From: Mobula hypostoma
Lineage: Eukaryota
Length of the DNA: 64,000 bases
Direction: 5' to 3'
NCBI RefSeq assembly: GCF_963921235.1
Contig: NC_086111.1
Coordinates: 57,040,001 to 57,104,000, forward strand
Part shown: piece after piece, positions 13,171 to 25,184 of the stretch
Layout of the letters: every line of letters begins with the position of its first letter
Position numbering within the stretch: position 1 is the first letter of the stretch
Notes under the pieces: generated by a model
The model's database searches: none
Told to the model about the DNA's origin: nothing
Seen by the model: only the letters and a program-made list of their open reading frames with translations
Position numbers and translations under genes: made by a program

Positions 13171-13789
13171 AAACAGGACACCTGGGTAAAAAGTAGAATC
13201 CTTTGTCGTCAGCAGGATGTTTTGATTTTTCTTCTCATTTAGAAGGGTAACAACTTGATTGCATCCTGCTCACTTTGGGAAATTTAAACCATCAACATTA
13301 AAACATGAAGTAACCCTACTTCTATGCATAGTTTGTCTTTTAAGGTCCTTTTAACTAAAGGATAGTGCCTCAGTGAAAAACAATATTTTGAGTTAGAAAA
13401 CAAGTGCCGTGCAATGCTATTCCTATATGCTAACTGGCTTGAAGCACTTGGATTGTGTGTAATGACAATCCTTTGAGCACAGGGGAAGCAGAGAACGCGC
13501 AAGCAATGTAAGTTGTCTCACCATGCCATGGAAATCTCCCCAGTGAAATTCTATTGAGTTCTGATTGTGACAGAGAGCCAAGCACATGATGCAAGGTTTT
13601 GCTAATGGTGCCAGGCCATTCATTTTCATGATTTAAATAGGTTTCTTACAGTTTTCTGTTTTGGAATGTCAGTTGGAGACCAGCTTCAGTCTTTCTGGGC
13701 CCAGAGGAACCCAAATGCAGCAGAAGCATCTAGTAACATTTGAAGTGTGTCTCTGATTTTCTAAGAGTGCTTTAGTTGTAGTAGGGTTG

Positions 13790-14560
13790 GAGGAAAGATT
13801 GACTTGCAGAGAGCTGTCAAGGCGGAGGGGAAAAAGGGATCTTTCACCAAGGAGAGACACTTCAATATTCACTCTGTTGCCAGACTCACAAAATCCAGAA
13901 GCGGAGTGTTCAGAATCAGTGGTGATAGAGATGTGTGCCTTGCTGCAATCTGTTACAACCACACAGTCAGAGCTGGACGGTGCCACCAGAGATGAGGGTC
14001 TCAGTCATTCTGAGCTTCCTGGCTTTTTGATCATTTCCTGTGATGCCAGCTTACCAAGCCATGGTTTGAAATTTATGCAGCTCTGCTGTGTTAAGTACGT
14101 TACTTGATGCTCTCTACTCAAAGAGCAGGGAATTCATATCTGTCTTCTTGAGAAGTCCAGAAGGTTCAATTGAATTTCCAAGGATTGTAGCCTCTCATGT
14201 GACCCTGGACCACCTTAGAAATTACAAGGGCAAACACTCCCTAAACTTATAACTCCTATGTGACCACAAGCTGAAATTGATGGCAGCAGCTGTTCAAAGG
14301 AAGTACAGTGACTTTTCGCCACGGTGTGAACACTCGAAGGAATGGAGCTCGGAGGTGATTTCCTGCTCATTCACTTTCACACTTGAGTGGTGTTGCTTCA
14401 ATGACCAATGCGGAGTGCAAGGGTTGCACAATACAAATATGCAGAGATTGTTCCATGAGCTGCACAGAAGAAAAGCTTGCTCAGACAGAAGGGGGAAGGG
14501 TAAACTCAAGTCTCCAGCACAGTGTCATTGTTAGAAGCAAGGTGACAGAAGAAATTAGAC
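13790..14560 (+). pseudogene. Harbinger/PIF (HARBI1-like) DDE transposase fossil
   Basis: Collinear motifs across frameshifts and stops: SESVVIEMCALL; CVKYVT/DALYSKSREFI; FPRIV; NYKGKHSLNL*LLCDH (cf. NRKGxHSLNVQxVCD); QRLFHELH; CSDRRG.G.LKSP (cf. CLDRSGGxLQYSP). Confidence 0.72.
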
Positions 14561-16884
14561 AACAACTCAGCAGCTGATGGTCAACTTAGGTAGGACATGA
14601 CTGGTGGCTTCTTCCCGCTGGCAAAAGGGCGAAAGGTTGTCTGAGCCTCTTCCTATCGATTGTGCGTATACTTGACGGAATATGTCAGGTCTTCTTGAGC
14701 CTCGTAAAATGAGCTCAGTTACTGACAGGTCCCTGCATTCTTATGACGGGTAATTTCCATTATCCAACACGGCTGCCACTCCAATCTCAAAACATTAAGT
14801 GAAATCCTAGCCAGCATTCTGTAGCCCATCTCTTAGCAATTAACCTAGTGCTGTTGGCTTGTCTTCCTTCAATTTGAAAGTATATGGCATGCCCCGGCCT
14901 ATTAGTGTTCTACAATTCATTGTCAATAATTACTGTCCAGGAAAAGCATTTTGTTCTAACCCCCAATTATAAATAGTTGTGCTCTTTTGTCACATATCCA
15001 TATAAAGAAAAGCAGTACTAGGTAAAAATGCTTCCAGATCTCACTATAATTGTTTGGTATCAGACCACTTTCCCTATCATTTTGACATGACCACCCACTG
15101 TGAATTGGAAGTTTTTGCGATTGCTTTAACTCGTACGTCTATTTCAGCTTGCACTTGTGGTGTTTCTTTATTTTCAGTGTATTCTTTTTGAGTGAAAGGG
15201 AAGATTAATTGCATTGGGAATTTATATTCTACCTACATGAGCCACCCAAGTTCCTTCTTATTAAAGATGAGATGGGAAATCACACTTCGGTGTACATTCT
15301 GTGGTTTCATGGTTCAGTTCATCTGCTGGTCCCTAAGTAACTCAATAGCAATTAAGTGTCACTTAGGCCCTCACTCTTTAGCAGTCTTACCCTCTTGATG
15401 TCCTACTAACTTCATTTGTTTATAAAATGCCTTTTCTGTCTCCTGTGTATTATCTTTCTTTTACATTATTTCCCCACATCCCTTACAACTGAACTTCCTA
15501 TATTCCTAAGAGGCGCATTATATTTTTCATCGTTAGTATTGTTAGCCCTAATTTTATCATGTGCCTTGTTTTTACGTTTTCAGTAAGTCTCGGGCTTTTT
15601 ACCGATCAATTCATTTCTGCACTCTTATGGTCCTCCTCCAGGCCACTTCAGAGAGGACCTCCAAAACTCAGAAAGACACGGGATTCTGGCACATACACCA
15701 TTCTGATCTCAAAATACCCTGCCGCCCTTCAGTCTCACTCAGTCCAGGCTAGGATTAAATCGGGGAGAATGGCTGGGCAGTGCGGCTCAAAGGGCCAGAA
15801 AGGTCCATTCCCCGCGGCATCGCAATAAGTAAATTAACTGGAACTCCTGGCTTAACAGCACAGCACAGTTTCTCCAAAAGGGCTGCAGAATTCAGGAAGT
15901 AGTTCACCACCCACCTTCACCAGGACAATTTTTCAATGGGCAGCAAAATCTCAAAAATTGAATTTAAACATAAGAACATAAAAAGTCATGATAGAGAACT
16001 TTTTCTTACATAGCCCACACAGATGTGAAATTCTATCACACAATGCAGCATTTACATGTAGTATGCAATATCTGAAAGAAATGAACTGCAGAACCAGTAC
16101 CTGATGCATCATGTAGGCTCGCAAAGGGTTGGTAAAAGTTCACACGAACTTCTCATAGCAGTGACATCAGTAGTAGGTACATTCAGTTACACTTATGTTG
16201 CCTGTGAATGGTGTGGTCTCCTCACACAGAGGGGCACCTTCACATTGAAAATGAGATTTGCTTCATTCCCTGCACGAGCAGGTCTGAAGCTGTAAAATCT
16301 AGCACTTGGTTGCTGGTAGGACGTGTTTAAATGGTGCACTTCCTTCCCCATTTCTGTGGACTTTCCCCTGGCTGGCTGGCACTGTCCCCTCATTTGACCA
16401 TTATTCCAACATGCCATTCCATCAGGTATCAGTCTGACATCCTTCCAGCAGGTGACTGCAACAATCATCATTATCTCGTACCCTGACTGGAAAACATTCT
16501 GTGTTTCCTTGTCACGGCCCCAGATCGTGCTCTGCCTCCAATCTCCACCGTGACTGCTCCACGGCTACCCATGAATTGCCATCTACTACATAAAGGATGT
16601 GTGTGCTAAATGTGGAATGTTTGTTCTGTGGTGCACACTTGGGTATTGGTTGAGGAAGAATATTAGGTTTATATTTTACATTTGAAGAATTTTCACTACT
16701 GACCTATCAGCCTGCTTATTAACTTTTCTGCCCTGTTAATTTGAGTCAGATTCCCAATTGCTTCCCCTTCTTTGAACACAATGATTACCTCTTTCCTTTT
16801 GGCCCACAAACAAACTTACCTAGAAATCACTGCTGGATGCATTTCAAGAAACTTACCCATTCTAACAACATACGTTATTTTTAT

Positions 16885-16995
16885 TCCATTCCTCAGGGCT
16901 GATGAAGGGTTTTGGCCTGAAGTGCAGCTATTCATTCCCCTCCATAGATGCTGCCTAACCTGCTGAGTTTCTCTGGCATTTTATGTGTGGTGCTC
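16885..16995 (+). mobile_element. Penelope pLTR-derived short element (probably continues at 17147-17170)
   Basis: CTGATGAAGGGTTTTGGCCTGAAG...CCATAGATGCTGCCTAACCTGCTGAG matches 28429-28500; TTTCCAGCACCTGCAGAAT resumes after an intervening SINE. Confidence 0.8.
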
Positions 16996-17146
16996 CATGG
17001 CAGATGGTGAATTTGAATTCAGTAAAAGTATCTGATTACCTTGAAACCATGTCAATTGTCGTAAAAACCCACCGCAATGTGGTTGACTCTTAAATGCCCT
17101 CTGAAATGGCCTAGCAAGCCATTCAGTTGTATCTAACCGCTAAAGA
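16996..17146 (+). mobile_element. Internally deleted chondrichthyan SINE fragment
   Basis: Recognised segment GCAATGTGGTTGACTCTTAAATGCCCTCTGAAATGGCCTAGCAAGCCATTCAGTTG; splits a pLTR. Confidence 0.55.
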
Positions 17147-17231
17147 TTTCCAGCACCTGCAGAATCTCTTGGGTCTACATTTGGCATGCTGGATGCAACA
17201 GTTGTTCTCCAATTGTTCAAGATGCTGTTGA

Positions 17232-17464
17232 CCATGAGACCACAAGACATGGGAGCAGAATTAGGCCATTTGGCCCATAGAGTCTGCTCCACCATTTAAT
17301 CATGGCTGATCCTTTTATCTCCTCCTCAGCCGCACTCCCCCACCTTCTCCCCATAACCTTTGACGCTGTGTCCAGTCAAGAGCCTCTCAAGCTCTGCCTT
17401 GAATGCCCCCAGCAACCTGGCCTCCATAGCTTCCTGTGGTAATGAATTCCACAAATTCACCACC
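17232..17464 (-). mobile_element. CR1 LINE 3' end
   Basis: VVNLWNSLPQEAMEARLLGAFKAELERLL; reverse complement of 53250-53495. Confidence 0.9.
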
Positions 17465-17469
17465 TGTGG

Positions 17470-17917
17470 CTGTTGAGACCACAATTGAAGTAATGTGTGT
17501 ATTTCTAGCCATTGGCTATATAGGAAGGATGCCATTAAGTTTGAAAGAGTACAAAAAAGGTTCACAAGAATGATGCAGCTATTGAAGGGCTTGAGCTATA
17601 AGGAGGGGCTAGATAGGCTTGAGCTTTTTTTTTCCCTGGAGCAAAGGTGGTTGGGGGGTGACCTTATAGAGGTATAAAATCATGATGGGCATCAATAAGG
17701 TGACTGATCACAGTCTTTTCGTCAGGATAGAGGAGTGTAAAAGTGGAGAGCCTAGATTTACGGTGAGAAAGGAAACTTTTAAATGGGGCCTGAGGGGCAA
17801 ATTTTTCGCACTGACAGTGTCGAGTATGTGGATGTGACTTAGGCAGGCAACCTGCTTGGCATGAGCAAGTTGGGCACTGGGGCCTTTTTCCAAGTTGTGT
17901 AACTGTAACTCTATGAC
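17470..17917 (+). mobile_element. CR1 LINE 3' fragment
   Basis: YRKDAIKFERVQKRFTRM...GLSYKEGLDRLELF. Confidence 0.85.
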
Positions 17918-19279
17918 CCCAAGAGTTCAAAAATGGCCAATGTTGTTTCCCTCATAAACCTCCATTTCAATGATGTGGTAATGTAAAATATATATTGAGA
18001 AATAAACATGCTTGCCTTCTATTCCTTACGTACTTATGCTGTGAATAGTACGCCTGCATTCCAGTACTGTGAAAGAATCCCCTTTTACACTTTGTAACAT
18101 GCCAAAAGTGCTATACCCTGTATTATAAACTTCCCTTCCTAATATAATTAAAACTAATTTGAAGTAAACCTGTTGCAATTATTATTAATCCTTACAAAAT
18201 TGTAAATTCCTAAAGCTTTCCAGGTTTGCTTTGAGTGTATAGAAAGTACAAGTATGCAATTCAGTCCTAACTTTAATGTTTTTACAAAATAACATTCCTT
18301 TTCCAGATTTCCTTATATAATATTTTTGATATCATTAATACTGTTCCACATCATTAATACTTTTAATTTCCCTCTACATCAAACCTTTTTCACTCCCTTT
18401 TAATTCAAGTTAAAGCCAAGGATTTTACTGAAATAGATTTCACCTTTGTTTTCCATTTCTGATTGCAGATTTATGTACTTCTGCCTTATTAATATCGGTC
18501 ATTTTCCTGACTCTTCATTTTGCTTCTGGGAACAATCTCCCCTGTTCTTTCTGGGTCTCTCACGTTTTAGTTACTTTATCTTCAAGAACGTTGATTCCAT
18601 TTCAAAATGCTTCTTCTAGCATAGGTGGCATGCAAGTATGAAGCCTTGGCAATTGCCCCAATCCTGCATTTGGACAATGATACTTAATTTTTTCTTAACC
18701 TATTCCAACACAGGCAGCAATACCACTTTCTAAGTACAAAGCCACAATTGTATCCATATCACCTGTTCTAATGCAATTCATGGTTGTGTATTTTCCCTTT
18801 TCTAAACATGTTTTTGCCTGTAGGTTGAGCTATCAAAGAACTCTCACCTGAGTCCTTTGACGACTGGTAAGCTCGTTGTTCTATCATCTTGCTCCTGCCC
18901 CATTCAATCAAGTCCAAAGCTTCACTGCGCAAAGATTCAACGGTCTAAGCAATAGCTAAAACAATAATGCCAATGTTATCCCCACAACACTGGTTAGGAT
19001 AGATAAGCAAGCCTACACTCTTCCATTAGCTCCACTTGCCTTCAGATCTGCCCCATCTTGAAGGATACCAGTGAGGGACATGCAATCTATTGGAGCAAAT
19101 ATGTCTGCCGGGATTGAATAGCTGATGGTGTGTGGAAAGTATAAGTTATAGACATGGGATATTTAGCAGTCGTGAGGATGTGAGTACTTGGTGGAGCATA
19201 TGAGCTCACATTGTAAGACTCAATTAATAGAAAGTGTTGTACATGAGCTTGTGAGATGTTGAACAGTCTCTGAGATTCC

Positions 19280-19480
19280 ATTTAATATCAGAGGGTGTAT
19301 ACAGTATACCACCTGAAATTCTTACTCTTCACAGACATCCAGAAAACAGAGGACAAACCCCAAAGCACGAATGGCAGAAAAACATTCGAACCCCAAAGCC
19401 CCCCTCCCATGATCAAGCAGCACCAAAGCATCGACCCTCTCCCCTCCCCCTTCCCCCACCCCCCTCCACGTGAAGGAATT
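19280..19480 (-). mobile_element. Short retroposon 3' fragment (same family as 42821-42943 + 45819-45858)
   Basis: Reverse strand GTGAAGAGTAAGAATTTCAGGTGGTATACTGTATACACCCTCTGATATTAAAT matches the RTE-interrupted copy. Confidence 0.7.
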
Positions 19481-19764
19481 GGACCAATCACAATGCACTC
19501 CCACTGCCTGCTTCTGGAGAGATTCAATTTACCACCCCACGCCACGCCACGGCTCAGTGTTCGTTGATCATTAGAGTGATTGATGAATGCATTCCTAGCA
19601 TGCAACTGAACACTTACAGTTGTTTGCACACTCTCAATTCATGAAGGCATTTTTAATCATAGTGTGTTTATTTATCCAGTTAATTGTTAATTACAATTCA
19701 GCCGAAACTATCTATATTTTTAGTAAGTGTGCTCATTAGAATACTGACAAGTCAGAACATTTCT

Positions 19765-19903
19765 GCTCTTCCAGCCCTGCCAAAGCGTTTTGGCCCGAAG
19801 CGTCGACTGTACTTTTTCCCATAGATGCTGCCTGGCCTTTTGACTTCCTCCAGCATTTTGTGTGTGTGGCTCGGATTTCCAGCATCTGCAGATTTTCTCT
19901 TGT
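19765..19903 (+). mobile_element. Penelope pLTR-derived short element
   Basis: TTTTGGCCCGAAGCGTCGACTG...CCATAGATGCTGCCTGGCC...TTTCCAGCATCTGCAGATTT matches 28440-28550. Confidence 0.85.
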
Positions 19904-19937
19904 CTGCTCAGGATGATTTTCATGGCAAATTCTAATC

Positions 19938-20017
19938 CAGGGGTTCCCAATCTGGGGCTAACGGACCCCTCCGTTAATGGTAGGAGTCGATGGCATAGCA
20001 AAGGTTGAGAACCCCTG
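19938..20017. mobile_element. 80-bp hAT (Charlie/Buster-like) MITE
   Basis: TIRs CAGGGGTTCCCAA / TTGAGAACCCCTG; 8-bp TSD TTCTAATC/ATCTAATC. Confidence 0.9.
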
Positions 20018-20398
20018 ATCTAATCCTGTTTAAAATGATGAACAGTGGTAAGTGAGGAGAAGGCGTTAGGAAGTGGCCTCCTAGAATGTGCTGTGATCAC
20101 ATTCTGGGTGACCTGTTGATGATGTCCAGCTTTTGCTCGATAGCGTTCCCCTGTGGCCCGTCAGCTGCAACAAGTTCCTCACCTAAGCAACATCTCATTG
20201 CTCAGGAATTCCATCAGCATGACTTTCTGCCTTCTAACTTCCATTTTCTCACCTTCTCACCTTCTCAAGTAGAGTTGTGGATCTCCAGATACTCTGTTCT
20301 GGGAGAAGTTACTGTAGGGAAATCACATTATAGCACAATTCACTTCTCCCTTGGCATTCACACACATTCCCTTTCCAGCTAAAGTCACTGGGCAATAC

Positions 20399-20428
20399 CA
20401 AGTAATATTAATTAATTAATATTACTTG
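20399..20428. repeat. Perfect 30-bp AT-rich palindrome
   Basis: CAAGTAATATTAATTAATTAATATTACTTG equals its own reverse complement. Confidence 0.95.
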
Positions 20429-23165
20429 ATGTTATAGATATCTAATTAATAGATAATTGACTTATCTATCTTCTCACTACCCGAGAGACCCCATTACCAT
20501 CTGCAGTGCCATCTTGGCTGCCTCACTTGAGATCAGGGCAGGCCAGGGATCTAACGGATGGCCATTAGGTTGATATGTCTGCGTACCGTAGTTGGCCAGT
20601 GCTATTATCCACAAGGACACTGAGAGAGGTAGAGCATTACCTTTTCAGAAAATCAACATCTGCAGGGAGATTGTTAGCAGATCAGTGTCTCCCTCAGGTA
20701 AAGTACTACAATGTGATAGTTTGCACCACACACATTGGTTAAAGGATTTCAGCGTCAGTGCCCACTTGCACTGCATCTTGTAGGCAGGAAATCAGCAGCT
20801 AGCAATGAGTTCCTGAAGTACTCACCCATCAAGTTTTCAGCTGTACTTTCAAACTTCAACTCATATTTTGGGCATGTGGTAACATATAACAGTTTATTTA
20901 GCAGTACACTTATAAACTAAAAATGTAATGTAAATAATTGGGCTGAAAATTAATTTATATAGAGCAGAGTTTGTTTGGGATTAAAAGAGCAACAAGGGGA
21001 TAAGGAGTGTTGCAATGTGCAGACTAATTGTTGCAAAGTGCCCTATATTTTAATATTGTAAATGAGGTGGCATTCTCCTGAGACTTACCAGTATTTGTAC
21101 CTGCACATTGCGCAGTAATCGTACATTTTAGAGCCATTACTGAGACTTGGTTTAAACCCACAGATATATAAAGCTCGAGTTATGTACTTCAATTTCATGA
21201 AGATTTATTTTTCAAGAGGGCTACTGTCTAGTTTCTTGGCCTCAATTGCTTTGCTACATTATGAACCATTTCCTTTACACAAATTCCAATTGTCCAGAGA
21301 AACACATAAAATAATAAATTGTGAGTGACTGAGAACATATAAAATGCAGTCAGTGGAGAAACAGATTAGCCTATAAATGTAATATAATAAAAATGGACTT
21401 TGCTGAAAATTAGTGTGCTTGTTCCTTGTGGACTGAAAATATTTGCATCTGGCAAAATCTCCGTTAGCACTCAGATCATGTGGATACTAAAAATGATAGT
21501 CTTGTTCTATTCTTTCTTGATTGCTGAGTTTTGGAAAGTACCCAGATCCTGAACACTATACATACATCGTGATTTATATTCTGTTATTTTATTACTGGGA
21601 GAGCTGGGAAAAGGTTTGACGTGGTTTATACTTCAGTTTGATCATTTTCCATTAGAAGGACTTGTAAGTGGCACCAGAATCTCAAAATAGCTCCGAGAAT
21701 TTAATAAATACTTTTTGCCATAATTACTTTTAACCAGGTGTACTGGAAATGTTTGCCCACTATTTTATTTTTGAAACGACAGTTGAATTGCTTTGGAGCA
21801 GAATTTCCTCTTGCTTCCTGCTGTAGGGCTGTTGAGTGAAAGAGGGCAGATGCCTCTGTATTTGTGCATTTCTGCCAACATCGGGCCTCAGGAGAAGAGA
21901 TGTGAAGTCAGCTGACAGACTGTCAATGTTTTATGTTTTTGCACAAAGTCAATCTTGCCTGCAAAGGTGAAAAGAGAGGAAAATAAAGCAGAAATTGGCG
22001 GGGTTTGTTTTTGTGTTTGGTAGCAGTTGAAGATACCAGTGGCAAGTAAACAGAGATGAGGTGTTGAGATATGGTCTCAGAAGCTTTTTTAAGATCAAAC
22101 GTATATAACACCAAAGTTTTGATTGACCTAGTTCAGTCTCAGATATTTGCCACATGGTGGGATGGAATTGGTGGCTTGTCACTGAATTTATGGCTTTGAT
22201 CTTCCCAATGTATAGCTGGAGGAAATTTCTGCTCCTCAAACACTAAATACTTTGAAAAGTGTGACTTTTTAAAAGGTACTTATGTAACCAAGTTTAAAAA
22301 TCTCAGTTGTCACTAAAACTACTACGTTCCAAGGAAGTGTGTCAAAAACATTGGTGCACTCCAGGAAAAAAGCAAAGGTATTTTCAGTTGTGGTATCATG
22401 AGAGCCAAGTTTTGATCTTAGTGGAACTCCAGGAGCAACATTGCAGGTGTGGAAAGAGAAACCACTGGCTCTGGCTGCAGCTGGGTTGACACAGGTGAGG
22501 AAAATCCTACTAACTAGATGCTGGACATGAGGCATTGGAAGAGGATGCTTGACCAGTTATCTTTGAAACAAAACCTGCAGATACCTCTGGAGGTCTGAGG
22601 ACAGATAGTTTCTAACAGCCACGGTAATACAGAATTCCCATTGTGGCATTGTTAAGGATAATTTCAGCATCCTCACATATTATGACTGGCAATGATTTAT
22701 AGAAGAAAAAGAACTAGGCAACAATGTAATTTCAGAAGTAACTGGAGGCAACCTAGAGACTTCCAGTCCAGTTCTTTAGTAGCAAGCAGACAAGTAAAAA
22801 TCTAACTGAATGAATGGTTTCTTTCTGAGGGACAAGAAGTCACAGGTTGTTGGAGGGCAAGTGGAAGAGGTGGCTTAAGATTGTTTTTTGAGATAAAATC
22901 AAACAAGAGCCTATAGGAACAAAGGGGAGATTGGCTCCAAATTTTCATTGGTTGCACCATCACTGTTTTGGAAAGATTCTGCCATCGTAATAACAAAGAT
23001 GGTTTGGTTATAAATTAAGCTTGAGCTCTTCTGCATCCCACCCACTACATTAGGAAAGAAAATGAATGGAATTTAAACAGGCTGCTAACTCAATGTTGCC
23101 CATTTTGCTCTATTGCCAATACCCATGAATTATTAACTTTAGTTTGTAGCTGCCTAAATCTGAAA

Positions 23166-24361
23166 GAGGCTGTCCATGATGATGGAGCCAAGGTATGTAA
23201 ACTCGTGAACTAGCTCCAGCTCATAGTTGTTGATGGTAATGGCAGGGGGGTGCTCAACGCCTTGGCCCAACACGTTGGTTTTCTTCAGGCTGATGGTCAA
23301 GCTGAAGTCCTGGCAGGCTCTTGAGAAGCTGTCCATGAGGTGTCGCAGTTGCTCTTCAGAGTGTGTTGCCAGTGCCGCATCGTCTGCAGACAACACGTCC
23401 CTGATGAGTACTTCACGAACCTTGGTTTTTGCCCTCAGCCGGGACAGGCTGAACAGCCTCCCGTCCGATCTGGTGTGGAGGAAGACACCATCAGTTGATG
23501 TTCCAAAGGCGTGCTTCAGCATGACTGCGAAGAAGATGCCAAACAGGGTGGGGGCAAGCACACTGCCCTGCTTCACACCACTGCAGATGTTGAAGGCCTC
23601 CGAAGATCAATAGACGGATCGGACGAGCAGCCTCAACATTCGCCGGGCTGACGAAGAGAGTCTGGGAGAACAGAAAGCTGACGACGCACACCAAAGTTGC
23701 AGTCTACGGGGCCTGCGTCATCAGCACACTGCTTTACGGCGGCGAGACTTTGAGCCTCTACTACAGACAAGAGCGGCGTCTCAACGCCTTCCACCTTCAC
23801 AGCCTGAGACACATCCTGGATATCACGTGGACTGACTGAGTCACCAACAATGAGGTCCTGGCCCCTGACCAGATACCCAGCCTCCTCACCCTGCTCCAAC
23901 AACGCCGTCTCCGCTGGCTGGGCCACGTACACCGCATGTCAGACAGGAGGATTCCGAAAGACCTGCTGTACGGGGAACTGGCCTCTGGCAAGAGAGCACA
24001 AGGGCGGCCCCATCTTCGTTTCAAAGACGTTTGCAAGACAGACATGAAGTCACTGAAAATGAACATCGAGAGGTGGGAGGACATCGCAAGCGATCGCTCT
24101 CACTGGAGGCTGGAACTACGCAGAGGTCTAAAAAGAGGAGAAGAGAAGCTGAGGCTTGCTGCTGAAGGAAAGTGCACTCGTCGGAAAAACATCACCGAGA
24201 TAACACTGGAGGACAGCGCCTTCAAGTGCAGTCACTGCAGCCAAGACTGTCACTCCCTTGTGGGCCTCTACAGCCACAACAGACGCTGCTCTAACACAGA
24301 CTGAAGCAAGACTTTCCAGGCGCAGATCCATGGTCTCGTGAGACTAACGGATGCCACTACC
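23166..24361 (+). mobile_element. 5'-truncated, 5'-inverted RTE LINE
   Basis: Minus-strand RT piece 23166-~23605 (KQGSVLAPTLF...SADDAAL...YLGS), plus-strand continuation to a C-terminal CxxC...H zinc finger (stop 24304); TSD AAATCTGAAA at 23156-23165 and 24362-24371. Confidence 0.93.
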
Positions 24362-24746
24362 AAATCTGAAAACAAGTATTTTGTCCATGGTATTTTAATG
24401 AATGGTTTTCCAGACCCTGGTGTCTGACTCAGAAATATACTTGGTCCCCAGATGTTTTTAATAGTGTAAGCGGTCTTGGGGAACGGAGGTCAGAACACAT
24501 ATTCATTCTCATGGATAATTAATGATTGCAGAATCGATGTTCCTCTTGGAGTAGATGGTTTTGCAAACTCATAATAACTATCAAATTCAATTTCGATACT
24601 GCTCATCGTCTTCAGTTTGAAATGGGGTTTCCCCTTAGCCATTTGAGTGTAAAATCACAAGATCTCCGTCCATTCACTCGGGAAGATGCCATAATCTATA
24701 TTGACTAGTTGCTCTACAGTTACATCATAACTTACATCTGTGTTTT

Positions 24747-25184
24747 TTTTGTAATTTATTTTTTATTGAAGTTCATCATCAAACAAACATTTCCATAAGA
24801 TGTATTTCAGATACTGTACGTATATATATCATATAGTCATATTTGTCACAAATCTCCACATAATATTTATCTGAGGTATACACTTATCGAAAGGAGAGGA
24901 AAGAAAGAACAATCAAAAGAAGAAAACTATGTACAAAGTAGGGAGTGATCTTTTATTTACAACATATTCATTGACTTGTGAGAATAAAATCAGGCCTATG
25001 AGGTGTCATGTAGTTAAACCATTTTTTCCAGTATGAATCAAATTGTTCCAACTTATGATTAACAGATGCTGTTATCTTCTCCATTTTGTAACTGTCCATT
25101 GTAATTTCCATCCATACATTTAAAGTTGGGCTCTCCTGTGATAACCATTTCCTGGTAAGGGTCTTTTTACCAGCCACCAGCAGT
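24747..25184 (-). mobile_element. L1/Tx1-type LINE 3' end
   Basis: ORF2-like C-terminus (KKTLTRKW...PT...W...MEKI...F..YW..W), AATAAA + poly(A) tail on minus strand, TSD ATCTGTGTTTT at 24736-24746 and 25185-25195. Confidence 0.88.
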
